This document shows positions 18,542-28,592 of a stretch of DNA of 64,000 nucleotides, in pieces (within the stretch, counting starts at the first letter, position 1; every line of letters begins with the position of its first letter). Origin of the DNA: Alphaproteobacteria bacterium (lineage in GTDB: Bacteria; Pseudomonadota; Alphaproteobacteria; Bin95); NCBI GenBank assembly GCA_964291285.2, contig OZ219787.1, positions 1,024,001 through 1,088,000 on the forward strand. Direction: 5' to 3'. Both the position numbers and the translations under genes were made by a program. The notes beneath the pieces are model-generated. The model made no database searches. It was not told the origin of the DNA and was given only the letters and a program-made list of their open reading frames with translations.

Positions 18542-19690
18542 CTACGGGCCGCCGTAGAGCCAGGCCATTCCTTCGCGCAGGTCCGTCGTCGAGAGAACGT
18601 GGTTGCGCAGTTCGCGGCGCACGCCGTCCGCGTGGTAGATCTCGCCCATCATCCGCGCCGTCAGCTGCACCCGCGCGGTGCGGAGGTAGCGGGCCTGCGA
18701 ATAGGAGCGGAAGGCCCGCTCGACATCGTCCTCGGCAGCGAGCGCATCGGCCAGCGCCACCGCATCCTCGACCGCCATGCAGGCGCCCTGGGCCAGATAT
18801 TGCAGCATCGGGTGCGCCGCATCGCCCAAGAGGCAGACCCGCCCGCGCGACCACTCGGACACCGGCTCCCGGTCGCAGAGCACCCACATCCGCCAGGTCT
18901 CGATCTTTTCGAGCAGCGCCATCGGCCGGGCGGAGACGCCGGCGAAGCGCTCCATCAGCTCGCCCGGATCGCCTTCGCTGTCCCAGCCTTCGACATAGCG
19001 GTCGGAGTGGAACACGGCCACCAGGTTGAACAGCGTCGAGCGCCTGAGCGGGTAATGGACCAGATGGTTGCGGGGGCCCGCCCAGAGCGCCGCCGCATTC
19101 CAGCGCAGCGCCTCCGGCACCTCCTCCATCGGCAGCACGGCCCGGTAGGCGATATGGCCGGAGACCTTGGGCGGGCCGTCGCCGACGACATGTTCGCGCA
19201 CCTTCGACCAGAGGCCGTCCGCGCCGACCAGGAACGCCCCTTCCCGCCTGCCGCCGTCCGCCAGGCGGGCGCGGGCACGCCCGCCCGAATCCTCCACCGA
19301 GACGACCTCGGCGTCGGTCTCGAATGTGACCGACCCGGACGCTTCGCAGGCTTCCAGCAGGGTGCGGTGGAAATCCGCGCGGTGCGTCACGGCATAGGGC
19401 GCGCCGAAGCGCTGCCGGAACGCCGCGCCGAGGTCGCCGGTCAGGACGGTCTCGCCGGTCAGCGCGTCCATCATCACCAGCCGGTCCACGAACACGGCAT
19501 CCCGCGAGATGGCCTCGCCGATGCCCAGCCGCTCGAACATGCGGAAGACGTTGGGCCCGAGCTGGATGCCGGCGCCGATCTCCCCGAAGACGGGCGCCTG
19601 TTCCAGCACATGGCTGGCAATGCCGCGGCGCGCGAGCGCCAGCGCCGCCGCAAGCCCGCCGAGGCCGCCGCCGACGATCAGCGCGCTCAC
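18542..19690 (-). CDS. FAD-dependent monooxygenase, 3-hydroxybenzoate 6-hydroxylase-like
   Basis: GGGLGG, EIGAGIQLGPN, GADGLWS, HLVHYPLR and GDAAHPMLQYLAQGACMA motifs. Confidence 0.88.
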   Translation of the reverse strand: MSALIVGGGLGGLAAALALARRGIASHVLEQAPVFGEIGAGIQLGPNVFRMFERLGIGEAISRDAVFVDRLVMMDALTGETVLTGDLGAAFRQRFGAPYAVTHRADFHRTLLEACEASGSVTFETDAEVVSVEDSGGRARARLADGGRREGAFLVGADGLWSKVREHVVGDGPPKVSGHIAYRAVLPMEEVPEALRWNAAALWAGPRNHLVHYPLRRSTLFNLVAVFHSDRYVEGWDSEGDPGELMERFAGVSARPMALLEKIETWRMWVLCDREPVSEWSRGRVCLLGDAAHPMLQYLAQGACMAVEDAVALADALAAEDDVERAFRSYSQARYLRTARVQLTARMMGEIYHADGVRRELRNHVLSTTDLREGMAWLYGGP

Positions 19691-20514
19691 AGCCGGCCCG
19701 CCCAGCGGTCGAGCAGCGGCAGGACCTCGTCGGCCCCCGCGCTCGGCAGGTTGAAGACCACCCTCTCGACCCCGGCTTCGCGCCAGGCGTCGAGCCGGCC
19801 GGGATCGTCCTCCGCGCCAAAGACGGTAATCGGCACGGAGCGCCCGGCCTCCGCTTCCATGGCGCGGAACTCCGCCAGCTTGTCCAGAAGGTGGTAGGTC
19901 GGCCTCTCGGCATGCGGCACCCAGCCGTCGCCCCAGGCGAGCGCCCGGCGCGCACCGTGCGGGAACTCGCCGCCGACCAGCACGGGCGGCCCTCCCGGCT
20001 GCGCAGGCTTCGGGCGCGAGCGCATCGGCCCGAACGACAGGCGGCGGCCCGACCAGGACGCCTCCTCCTCGCTCCAGACGGCGCGGATGGCGGCGATGCG
20101 CTCGCGCAGGACCCCGAACCGGTCTTCGAACGCCGTGCCGTGGTTCGCCATCTCCTCGCGGTTCCAGCCGCCGCCGACGCCGAACAGGAAACGGCCCTCC
20201 GACAGGGCGTCGAGGCTCGCGGTCTCTTTCGCGAGCTGTATCGGGTCGCGCTGCGCGGCGAGGCAGATGCCGGTCGCGACCTTCAGGCGCTCCGTGGCGG
20301 CCACGGCCATGGACAGCACGACGAACGGGTCCGCGACATCGGCATATTTCTCCGGCAACGGCCCGCCCTGCGGCCAGGGCGAGGCGCGCTCGACCGGAAT
20401 GTGGGAATGCTCCGGGGCCCAGAACGACTCGAAACCGCGTTCCTCGAGCGCCCGCGCCAGCGCCTGAGGCCGCATGGAATAGCCGGTAACGAACATCGCT
20501 GCGCCGAACAGCAT
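19687..20514 (-). CDS. LLM class (probably F420-dependent) oxidoreductase
   Basis: GFESFWAPEHSHIPV and GRFLFGVGGGWNREEM motifs; GGAGG RBS before ATG 20514. Confidence 0.88.
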   Translation of the reverse strand: MLFGAAMFVTGYSMRPQALARALEERGFESFWAPEHSHIPVERASPWPQGGPLPEKYADVADPFVVLSMAVAATERLKVATGICLAAQRDPIQLAKETASLDALSEGRFLFGVGGGWNREEMANHGTAFEDRFGVLRERIAAIRAVWSEEEASWSGRRLSFGPMRSRPKPAQPGGPPVLVGGEFPHGARRALAWGDGWVPHAERPTYHLLDKLAEFRAMEAEAGRSVPITVFGAEDDPGRLDAWREAGVERVVFNLPSAGADEVLPLLDRWAGRL

Positions 20515-20537
20515 GGGGGCCTCCTCCCCTCGTTCCG

Positions 20538-21530
20538 CTAGGGAATCAGTTGTTTGTCCAGCATGGCGTGGACGCCCTGCTGCTGGTTCACCAGTTGCGT
20601 GATCCGCAGGTCGCAGGCCAGGCTGCACAGCATGTAGGCGTCCTCGCGGGACAGGTTCGAGCGCAGGCAGATGAAGTCGATCATCCGGCTGAGCGCCGTC
20701 CGGGCGGCCCGGTCGAGCGAGGCGTCGAAGGCGAACTGGATCCACCGGTCCGCCGTCTCCGCCATCGGCGCTTCCAGCGCCATGTCCTTGCGCAGCGTGA
20801 GGCGGAACCGCCCGTTGAGCGCGGTTTCCACGGCCGTCAAGCACACTTCGCCGTCGCCCTGCACGGCATGGCCGTCGCCGCAGGAAAAGAGGGCGCCGTC
20901 GGCGAACACGGGCAGGTAGAGCACCGAGCCGGCGGTCAGCTCCTTGCAGTCGATATTGCCGCCGAAGGCGCGCGGCTGGACCGTGCTCACCATGCCCCAA
21001 TGCGCCGGCGGGGCCGTACCCATGACGCCGAAGAAGGGCCGGCAGGCGAGCATCCCGCCCCAGGGCATCCGGGCTTCGCCGGCGTCCCGGTCGAGCGGGA
21101 TCGTGACCATCCGCCCTTCCGGGAACTGGTCCGGCAGCGCGCCGCCGAGCGGCCGGATCGCGTTCCAGCCCCAGTCCGCGCCGAGACGCGCCTCCAGAAT
21201 CTCGACCTGGAGCACATCGCCCGGAACGGCGCCCGCGACGGCGACCGGCCCGGTCAGGATATGGCCGGAGCCGAGCGGGCGCGGCGTCTCGGCGTGGATG
21301 CGGGGCAAGGCTTCGGGCACCTCGAAACCCGGCCCCGGGAGAGCGTCCGGCGCGCCGGAGACGGTCTCGATCTCGACCTCCGCGCCGCTCTCGACGGTAA
21401 GCGCGGGCTTGAGCCGGGCGTCGAAGAAACCCCAGTGGACGGTGTCGGTCGCGGCTTGCAGTCGGTCGGGCATGGGCAGCGGTCCAGGTTCGGTTCGGGC
21501 CGCCGATACTGCACCGGGCGGCGTCGTCAT
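20538..21530 (-). CDS. acetamidase/formamidase family protein
   Basis: GHILTGPV, FGGNIDCKEL and GDGHAVQGDGEVCLTAVE motifs. Confidence 0.92.
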   Translation of the reverse strand: MTTPPGAVSAARTEPGPLPMPDRLQAATDTVHWGFFDARLKPALTVESGAEVEIETVSGAPDALPGPGFEVPEALPRIHAETPRPLGSGHILTGPVAVAGAVPGDVLQVEILEARLGADWGWNAIRPLGGALPDQFPEGRMVTIPLDRDAGEARMPWGGMLACRPFFGVMGTAPPAHWGMVSTVQPRAFGGNIDCKELTAGSVLYLPVFADGALFSCGDGHAVQGDGEVCLTAVETALNGRFRLTLRKDMALEAPMAETADRWIQFAFDASLDRAARTALSRMIDFICLRSNLSREDAYMLCSLACDLRITQLVNQQQGVHAMLDKQLIP

Positions 21531-21553
21531 TTCCAGTTCCGCGCGCAGCTGCT

Positions 21554-23683
21554 TTAGCCGAATACCGGCATTCCCAGCACGCCGCGCACCTGGTCCACCT
21601 GTTCCAGCGCCCAGCGGAATTGGCGCTGCCTCGGGGCGGACATCTCCTTCGGCGCGACCGAATTGCCGTGGGGAATGCCGCGCCCGATATCCCGGAGCTG
21701 CTGGGCGAGTATCTCGTCGAGCAGGATGCGGTGCGCCTCGACGAGGTTGCCGACCGCCTCCCGGCTGTCCTCGGCCACCGCGCCTGCTGCCTCCAGCCGC
21801 GCCGGCGTCGAGCGGTCCCTTATGCCGTGCTGGATGGCGAGGATCCGCGCCGCCGAAAAGATCGGCATGATCCCGTGGCGCTTGGCGTCCAGGCGGCCCT
21901 TCTTCAGCCTGAGCCGCCCGAACAGGCCGAGCGGCGAGGTGAAATCGACGGCATTGGCCCGAAGCGCGATCTGGAAGGCGCGCGCATTCGCCGCCATGCC
22001 CAGCGCCTCGCCGTGCAGTTGTTCACCGAGCGCCGCATCGCCGTAAACCGGGACGCTGTCGAAGAAAATGTCGCAATTGAGGACATCCTCCGGCAGCGAG
22101 CGCCCGATCCATCCGCCTACTGTCCGGCGCCAGCGGTCGAGGTCCATGCGCCACTCGGCGTTGCGGGCCATGACCCCGCCCTTGCAATAGGCGACGCCCG
22201 CCTCGTCCAGAATATCCGCGAGCCGGCGTCCCAGTTCCTCGAACCACCGGTCCTCCGGCCCGCCGGCGGCGCCCGAGGCGTAAACGACGGCATTGTCCTG
22301 GTCCATGGCGAGCAGGCTTTCGCCGCGTCCGCCCGAGCCCAGGACCAGCAGGGCGAACGGCGCGGGCGGCGGCCCGAAGCCTTCCGCCGCCATGTCCCGC
22401 TCGGCCAGTTCCGCGGCGCGCCGCGTGAGCGCGCGGAGCTCGCGCGAGACCACCGAGGCGACGATGCGCGCATCCACCTCGTCGGCCGCGAGGCCGCCCA
22501 CGACCCTCGTCAGGTTCGCCCAGACCTTGCCGAGTTCGGCCGGCGCCTCCGCGTGGTCGATCTCCCGGGCGAGGAACACCGCATCGCCCGCCCGCTGTTT
22601 CAGCAGGTCGCGGGCGCTGACGGCGCCGACAAGGCTCCCGTCTTCCGACACGACGCCCAGATGGCGGAACCCGCCGACGGTCATGAGCGTGTTCGCGCGG
22701 TAGAGGAACTCCGAGGCCGGGATCGTCACCAGGGGCCTGGCGGCGAAACGGTCCACGGTTTCATCCAGCGCCCCGGCCCCCAGCGTGTCGATGGCGCGGG
22801 CGATATCCCGCTCGGTCAGGATGCCGAAGCCGGCCTCCCCGCCGGAGGCGACGAACACCGAGCTGATTTTCCGCTCCGTGAGTTCGCGCAGGGCGCCGCG
22901 AAGGCGCATCGCCGGCTCCACGACCGCGGGCGGGGCGGACATGATGTCCTCCACGCGGTGCCGGAACGGGAAGCTGTCCACGCGGGCGAAGGCTCCCGGA
23001 TCGGCGCTTCGCACCCGGTCCGCCGCAATGACGGGCTGCCAGCCCGCCTTCGCTTCCTCGTCCTGTTGCGGGGTGAGCGCAAGGCAGGCCCGCTCCGCCT
23101 GGGCAAGCGTCGCAATGCCCCTCTCGGCCAGCCGCGGCACCAGGGCGGCATAGACCGCCGCCGCGGCCCTCGCATCGCCGAGCGCGCTGTGCCGGCCTTC
23201 GATGCCGATGCCGAGCCGGCCGGCTATGGCGTCGAGCGAAGGGTCTTTCGATCCGGGCGCGAGCAGGGCGGCGAGCTGGCGCACGCAGAGCGACCGGCAG
23301 GGCCGCCAGGGAATTCCGTGCCGGTTATGCTCGGCCTTCAGGATCGCGAGGTCGAAGCCGACCGCATAGCCGATCACCACGCGCCGGCCGATCCAGTCCG
23401 CAAACGCCGGCAGGACGGCGTCCGCCCTTTCCGCCGCCTGCACGTCCTCGTCCGAGATGCCGTGGACCGCCGTGGAGGAGGGCGGAACGGGCATGTCCGG
23501 GTTGACCAGGCGGTCGAAGATGTCATCGGCAAGGACGGCGCGGCCGTTCAGCGCCACGGCGCCCACCTGCAGGACCCGGTCCCTGCCGGTGTCGAGGCCG
23601 GTGGTCTCGGTGTCGAGCGCAACCGCCTCCAGCGACGCCAGCGGCACGGCGCCCAACCCCGCATCTTCCGTCCGGGCGATCAT
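21554..23683 (-). CDS. DEDDh exonuclease - CBS pair - DUF294 nucleotidyltransferase fusion
   Basis: ALDTETTGL and RHSALGDA; CBS motifs GILTERD; LGSGGRGE.LLAMDQDNA, YCKGGVMA.N, DIFFD. Confidence 0.88.
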   Translation of the reverse strand: MIARTEDAGLGAVPLASLEAVALDTETTGLDTGRDRVLQVGAVALNGRAVLADDIFDRLVNPDMPVPPSSTAVHGISDEDVQAAERADAVLPAFADWIGRRVVIGYAVGFDLAILKAEHNRHGIPWRPCRSLCVRQLAALLAPGSKDPSLDAIAGRLGIGIEGRHSALGDARAAAAVYAALVPRLAERGIATLAQAERACLALTPQQDEEAKAGWQPVIAADRVRSADPGAFARVDSFPFRHRVEDIMSAPPAVVEPAMRLRGALRELTERKISSVFVASGGEAGFGILTERDIARAIDTLGAGALDETVDRFAARPLVTIPASEFLYRANTLMTVGGFRHLGVVSEDGSLVGAVSARDLLKQRAGDAVFLAREIDHAEAPAELGKVWANLTRVVGGLAADEVDARIVASVVSRELRALTRRAAELAERDMAAEGFGPPPAPFALLVLGSGGRGESLLAMDQDNAVVYASGAAGGPEDRWFEELGRRLADILDEAGVAYCKGGVMARNAEWRMDLDRWRRTVGGWIGRSLPEDVLNCDIFFDSVPVYGDAALGEQLHGEALGMAANARAFQIALRANAVDFTSPLGLFGRLRLKKGRLDAKRHGIMPIFSAARILAIQHGIRDRSTPARLEAAGAVAEDSREAVGNLVEAHRILLDEILAQQLRDIGRGIPHGNSVAPKEMSAPRQRQFRWALEQVDQVRGVLGMPVFG

Positions 23684-23861
23684 GGCCGAACCCAGCCGCT
23701 CCTGTTCAGGGCATGCGAAACGAAAGAAGGCCTCGCGGGACCCGCTCCCGGCCAAGCTATCGCGCCCGCCGCAGGCCGCCAAGAGAGCGGGGCTTCGCGA
23801 TGGAGGCGGGGCGGTCCGGCCGCCGCGCGCCGACAGGTCGAAGGGGCCCGGTCGCGCGATG

Positions 23862-23888
23862 TGTCATGGAATGTCATGAGATGTCATG
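23862..23888. repeat. three TGTCATG direct repeats at exact 10-bp period
   Basis: Copies start at 23862, 23872 and 23882. Confidence 0.85.
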
Positions 23889-23972
23889 TTCTGCATACGC
23901 AAGGTTTATATGCTGTAGCCGTTTCCGGCATGAAGTCATCCACTCTTCGGTCTCCTTCTGTGTCTTGCGTTC

Positions 23973-24081
23973 ACCGTCGCCCCGGCCCCGGAGCCGGGGC
24001 CCATCCCTGACCGTTGCAGCCCGGTGGAGAGGGCGGAGGATGGACCCCGGCTCTCCGCTCCGCTCCGGCCGGGGTGACGGT
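23973..24081. repeat. REP-like palindromic element
   Basis: Terminal inverted arms accgtcgccccggcc / ggccggggtgacggt and inner arms gagccggggcccat / atggaccccggctc. Confidence 0.8.
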
Positions 24082-24328
24082 TGCGCTTTGCGGTCATCGT
24101 TCCTCCTTGCTCCGACCGGGAGCGGGTCCCTTTTCCGCGCGTATCCTGCGCGGGCGCCCGCGCCTGCCCGGGCGCGTGTCGGCGCCGGCGCGGTTCGCGC
24201 GCCTGATTGCGCGCGCGAGGCAGAGGACGCACGTCTCCCGTCGGCTTCTCACGTGTTTTCAGAAACCGGCGCCGCTCGGCCGCGCGGCACCCGGGGACGC
24301 GGCTCCGGAGTCCGCTTCCCTGGGGACC

Positions 24329-24370
24329 ATCATACCACAATCCGCCAGATGTCAAGATCAAAATAAGAAC
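24329..24370 (-). promoter_or_regulatory. sigma70-like promoter with an adjacent LexA-like box
   Basis: Minus strand: GTTC-ttatttt-GATC (24370-24356), TTGACA (24355-24350), 15-nt spacer ending TGG, TATGAT (24334-24329). Confidence 0.6.
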
Positions 24371-24558
24371 AAAAAGCAGAATTATTAGATTTGTTTCATG
24401 TTTCGGCAAGGATGGGGACGGCGCGGGCCGGACCGGGACTACGCAGTGCGAAGCGACCGGACCCCGATGCGTTTCCGGGCGCGACATTGCCGCTGCGTGA
24501 CGGCGGGGCGGGCGAGTGCTATCCGGGGCGGCGAAGCGTGAAGCCGGAGGGCTGCCCC

Positions 24559-26127
24559 GTGACTGCCCGCGACCGCATAGCTGTTCGCCGCGCCCTGATT
24601 TCCGTGTCCGACAAGACGGGGCTGGAGGCGTTCGGGCGCTTTCTTGCGGAGCGCGGCGTCGAAATCCTCTCCACCGGCGGCACGGCCCGGCAGCTGGGCG
24701 CGGCCGGCGTCCCCGTCGTGGAGGTTTCGGAGCGGACAGGCTTTCCGGAAATGCTGGACGGGCGCGTCAAGACCCTGCATCCGGCGCTGCATGGCGGACT
24801 GCTGGGGCTGCGCGACGACCCGGGCCATGTCGAGGCCATGGACGCGCACGGCATCCGGCCCATCGACCTGCTGGTCGTCAATCTCTACCCGTTCGCGGAG
24901 ACGGTGGCGGCCGGCGCGGACGAGGACACCTGCATCGAGAATATCGACATAGGCGGCCCGGCGCTGATCCGGGCGGCCGCCAAGAACCACCGCTTCGTCG
25001 CGGTCGCCACCGCCCCGGAGCATCTGGACGGCATCCGCGCCGAGATGGAGACGGACGGCGCGACGCCGCTGTCGCTGCGCCGCCGGCTCGCCGCCGAGGC
25101 TTACGGCCATACCGCAGCCTACGACGCAGCCGTGTCCCACTGGTTCGCCGGGCGGACGGGCGAGGCCTTCCCGCCGCGCATCTCGCTGTCGGGGGTGCGC
25201 CGCCAGACCTTGCGCTACGGCGAGAACCCGCACCAGTCCGCCGCGTTCTACACCGACGGCAGCGCCCGGCCGGGCGTCGCGACCGCCGAGCAGGTGCAGG
25301 GCAAGGAGCTCAGCTACAACAATTTGAACGATGTGGACGCGGCCTTCGAGCTCGCGGGCGAGTTCGAGCGCCCGGCGGTCGTCATCGTCAAGCACGCCAA
25401 TCCCTGCGGCGTGGCCGTTTCGGAAAATCCGGCGGACGCCTGGGAGAAGGCGCTCGCCTGCGATCCCGTCAGCGCCTTCGGCGGCATCGTCGCCGTCAAC
25501 CGCCCGCTGGACGGGGCGCTGGCGGAGCGGCTGGTCGGCCTCTTTCTCGAAGCCGTGATTGCGCCCGGAGCGGACGAAGAGGCCCGTGCGCGGCTCTCCG
25601 CCCGGACCAATCTCCGCCTGCTGCTGACCGGGACGGTGCCGGACCCGCTTGCGCCGGCCATGACCTTCCGCTCTCTCGCCGGCGGGTTCCTGCTCCAGGG
25701 CCGGGACAACGGCCGCGCGGATGCCTTCCGGACCGTCACGAAGCGCGCGCCGAGCGAGGCCGAGATGGCGGACCTGGAGGTGGCGTTCACCGTCTGCAAG
25801 CATGTTAAATCCAACGCCATCGTCTATGTGAAGGATGGGGCGACGGTGGGCGTGGGCGCCGGGCAGATGAGCCGGGTGGACAGCGCCCGGATCGCCGCGC
25901 GCAAGGCTGCGGATACGGCGGATGGCGGCACTCCGGCGACCGTCGGCTCGGTGGTGGCGTCGGACGCCTTCTTCCCCTTCGCCGACGGGCTGCTGGCCGC
26001 TGCGGAGGCGGGCGCCACCGCCGTCGTGCAGCCGGGCGGCTCGGTGCGCGACGAGGAGGTGGTCCGGGCGGCCGACGAGCACGGCCTCGCCATGGTATTC
26101 ACCGGCATGCGCCATTTCCGCCACTGA
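24559..26127 (+). CDS. purH: bifunctional AICAR transformylase/IMP cyclohydrolase
   Basis: [37 protein letters not shown] and [11 protein letters not shown] motifs. Confidence 0.98.
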   Translation: MTARDRIAVRRALISVSDKTGLEAFGRFLAERGVEILSTGGTARQLGAAGVPVVEVSERTGFPEMLDGRVKTLHPALHGGLLGLRDDPGHVEAMDAHGIRPIDLLVVNLYPFAETVAAGADEDTCIENIDIGGPALIRAAAKNHRFVAVATAPEHLDGIRAEMETDGATPLSLRRRLAAEAYGHTAAYDAAVSHWFAGRTGEAFPPRISLSGVRRQTLRYGENPHQSAAFYTDGSARPGVATAEQVQGKELSYNNLNDVDAAFELAGEFERPAVVIVKHANPCGVAVSENPADAWEKALACDPVSAFGGIVAVNRPLDGALAERLVGLFLEAVIAPGADEEARARLSARTNLRLLLTGTVPDPLAPAMTFRSLAGGFLLQGRDNGRADAFRTVTKRAPSEAEMADLEVAFTVCKHVKSNAIVYVKDGATVGVGAGQMSRVDSARIAARKAADTADGGTPATVGSVVASDAFFPFADGLLAAAEAGATAVVQPGGSVRDEEVVRAADEHGLAMVFTGMRHFRH

Positions 26128-26143
26128 CGGGACCCCTTGCCCC

Positions 26144-27073
26144 ATGCAAACCGGAAGGGCCCTGCCCCGGTCGGTCGCCGAGACCGGCGAACTCCTCGAA
26201 GCCGGCGACTATGTGTCCGACACGGCGCTGGCGACGGCGGTGTTCCTGTCGCTGAAGCTCGGCAGGCCGCTGTTCCTCGAAGGCGAGGCGGGCACCGGCA
26301 AGACGGAGATCGCCAAGGTGCTGGCGGCGGTGCTCGGCCGCCGGCTCATCCGCCTGCAATGCTATGAGGGCCTGGATGTGGCGTCCGCCGTCTATGAGTG
26401 GAACTACGCCCGGCAGATGATCGAGATCAGGCTGGCGGAGGCCGCGGGCGGGGCCGACCGCGAGCGCCTCGGGCGGGACCTGTTCGGGCCGGACTTCCTG
26501 ATCGAGCGGCCGCTGCTGCAAGCCTTGCGCGGCGGCGGGGACGGGCCCCCCGTGCTGCTGATCGACGAGCTCGACCGCACGGACGAGCCCTTCGAGGCCT
26601 ATCTGCTGGAAGTGCTCTCCGACTTCCAGGTGACGGTGCCGGAGATCGGACCGATCCGCGCGGCGGTTCCCCCGGCCGTCGTCATCACCTCCAACCGCAC
26701 GCGCGAAATCCACGACGCGCTCAAGCGGCGCTGCTTCTACCACTGGGTCGGCTATCCCGACGCGCGCCGCGAACTGGACATCCTCGCCCGCAAGGCGCCG
26801 GCGGCCCCCGAGGCGCTGTCCCGCCAGGTCGTCGGCTATGTGCAGAAAGTGCGCGAACTCGACCTGTTCAAGCTGCCGGGCATCGCCGAGACCATCGACT
26901 GGGTGCATGCGCTGATGCAGCTCGACGCCGTCGCGCTCGACCCGGCGATGGTGAACGACACGCTCGGCGTGCTGCTGAAGTACCAGGACGACATCGCGCG
27001 CCTGCAGGGCAGCGAGGCCGAGCGCATACTGAACGAGGTGCGCGCCGAGCTGGCGGCCGCGGGGGCGGCATGA
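26144..27073 (+). CDS. MoxR family AAA+ ATPase (CoxD-like)
   Basis: [29 protein letters not shown] and [16 protein letters not shown] motifs. Confidence 0.92.
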   Translation: MQTGRALPRSVAETGELLEAGDYVSDTALATAVFLSLKLGRPLFLEGEAGTGKTEIAKVLAAVLGRRLIRLQCYEGLDVASAVYEWNYARQMIEIRLAEAAGGADRERLGRDLFGPDFLIERPLLQALRGGGDGPPVLLIDELDRTDEPFEAYLLEVLSDFQVTVPEIGPIRAAVPPAVVITSNRTREIHDALKRRCFYHWVGYPDARRELDILARKAPAAPEALSRQVVGYVQKVRELDLFKLPGIAETIDWVHALMQLDAVALDPAMVNDTLGVLLKYQDDIARLQGSEAERILNEVRAELAAAGAA

Positions 27074-28275
27074 ACGGCGGGCGGCTGCCCGAGAACATCA
27101 TGCATTTCGGCCGGGTGCTGCGCACCGCCGGCCTGCCGGTCGGCCCGGACCAGGTGCTGAAGGCCATCGAGGCGGTCTCGGCGGTCGATATGGCCGACCG
27201 GGCGCAATTCTACTGGGCGCTCCATGCCGCGCTGGTGAACCGGCGCGGCCAGCAGGAGCTGTTCGACCAGGCGTTCCATGTCTTCTGGCGCAATCCGCGC
27301 CTGCTGGAGCGGATGATGTCGCTGGTGATCCCGACTTCCAGCGTCGATACGGGGCCGGAGGAGTCGGAACCGCTGGCGCGCCGGCTGGCGGAGGCGCTGA
27401 CGCCCGAGCAAACCGGGCTTCGCGAGCGGGAGGGGGACGAGGAGGTCGAAATCCGCGCCGAGCTCACATGGTCGGACCGGGAAGTGCTGCGCACGATGGA
27501 TTTCGAGACCATGTCGCTGGAGGAGCAGGAGGCGGCGAAGCGCGCCATGGCGAAGATGCGCCTGCCGCTCCGGCCCGTGCCCGCGCGGCGCTTCCGGCTG
27601 CATCCGAGGGGGCGGCGGCCGGACCTGCGGGCGACGCTCAGGGGTGCGATGCGCACCGGCGGCGACTTCGTGGCGCTCCGGCGGAGGCGCCGGCTGCGGC
27701 GGCCGCCGCCGCTGGTGGTGATCTGCGACATTTCCGGGTCGATGGCGCGCTATTCCCGGATGCTGCTGCACTTCATGCACGCCGTCACCAATGACCGCGA
27801 CCGGGTGCATTGCTTCCTGTTCGGCACGCGGCTGACCAACGTCACCCGCCAGCTTCGCCAGAAGGACGTGGACACGGCGCTTGCGGGCGTGGCGGAGGCG
27901 GTCGAGGACTGGTCCGGCGGCACCCGCATCGGCGCTTCGCTCAGGAGCTTCAACCGCCTCTGGTCGCGCCGGGTGCTGGGGCAGGGCGCGGTGGTGCTGC
28001 TCATCAGCGACGGGCTCGACCGCGACTCCGGCGCGGGGCTGGCCCCGGAGATCGAGCGCCTGCACAAGTCCTGCCGGCGGCTGGTCTGGCTCAACCCGCT
28101 GCTGCGCTACGACGCCTACGAACCGCGCACGCGCGGTGCGGCCGCGCTGATGCCGCATGTTGACGAATTCCGGCCGGCGCACAATCTGGATAGTCTTGAG
28201 GAGCTGGCTGCGGCGCTCGGGCGCGAGCCGGCCCGCCGGCAGGAGGGAGTGAGCGAATGGCTGACGCGGCTGTAG
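27070..28275 (+). CDS. VWA domain protein (CoxE-like)
   Basis: CDISGSM MIDAS, FGTRLTN, DWSGGTRIG, ISDGLDR and WLNPLL motifs. Confidence 0.92.
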   Translation: MNGGRLPENIMHFGRVLRTAGLPVGPDQVLKAIEAVSAVDMADRAQFYWALHAALVNRRGQQELFDQAFHVFWRNPRLLERMMSLVIPTSSVDTGPEESEPLARRLAEALTPEQTGLREREGDEEVEIRAELTWSDREVLRTMDFETMSLEEQEAAKRAMAKMRLPLRPVPARRFRLHPRGRRPDLRATLRGAMRTGGDFVALRRRRRLRRPPPLVVICDISGSMARYSRMLLHFMHAVTNDRDRVHCFLFGTRLTNVTRQLRQKDVDTALAGVAEAVEDWSGGTRIGASLRSFNRLWSRRVLGQGAVVLLISDGLDRDSGAGLAPEIERLHKSCRRLVWLNPLLRYDAYEPRTRGAAALMPHVDEFRPAHNLDSLEELAAALGREPARRQEGVSEWLTRL

Positions 28276-28592
28276 GCGAAGCGGACGCGATTCTCGACCG
28301 GGCGGCGGCCTGGGCGGCGGCGGGCAGGGGCGTTGCGCTCGCCACGGTGGTGAAGACCTGGGGCTCCTCGCCGCGCGCGGTCGGCAGCCAGCTGGTCGTG
28401 GACGACACGGGCGCGTTCGAGGGTTCGGTGTCGGGCGGCTGCATCGAGGGCGCGGTCGTGACCGAGGCCCGCCGGACCATCGAGGACGGCGCGCCGCGCC
28501 TGCTCGATTTCGGCGTGAGCGACGAGGAAGCCTGGGAAGTCGGGCTTGCCTGCGGCGGGTCGATCGAGGTGTTTGTCGAGAAGCTGGCATGA
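28257..28592 (+). CDS. XdhC/CoxI family protein, N-terminal module
   Basis: ATVVKTWGSSPR, GSVSGGCIE and VGLACGG motifs. Confidence 0.9.
   Translation: MADAAVGEADAILDRAAAWAAAGRGVALATVVKTWGSSPRAVGSQLVVDDTGAFEGSVSGGCIEGAVVTEARRTIEDGAPRLLDFGVSDEEAWEVGLACGGSIEVFVEKLA

Noticed and set aside
23713-24500. Overlapping ORFs of 97-217 aa in the large intergenic gap
   Set aside because: They run across REP and palindromic sequence, are low-complexity and have no recognisable motifs.
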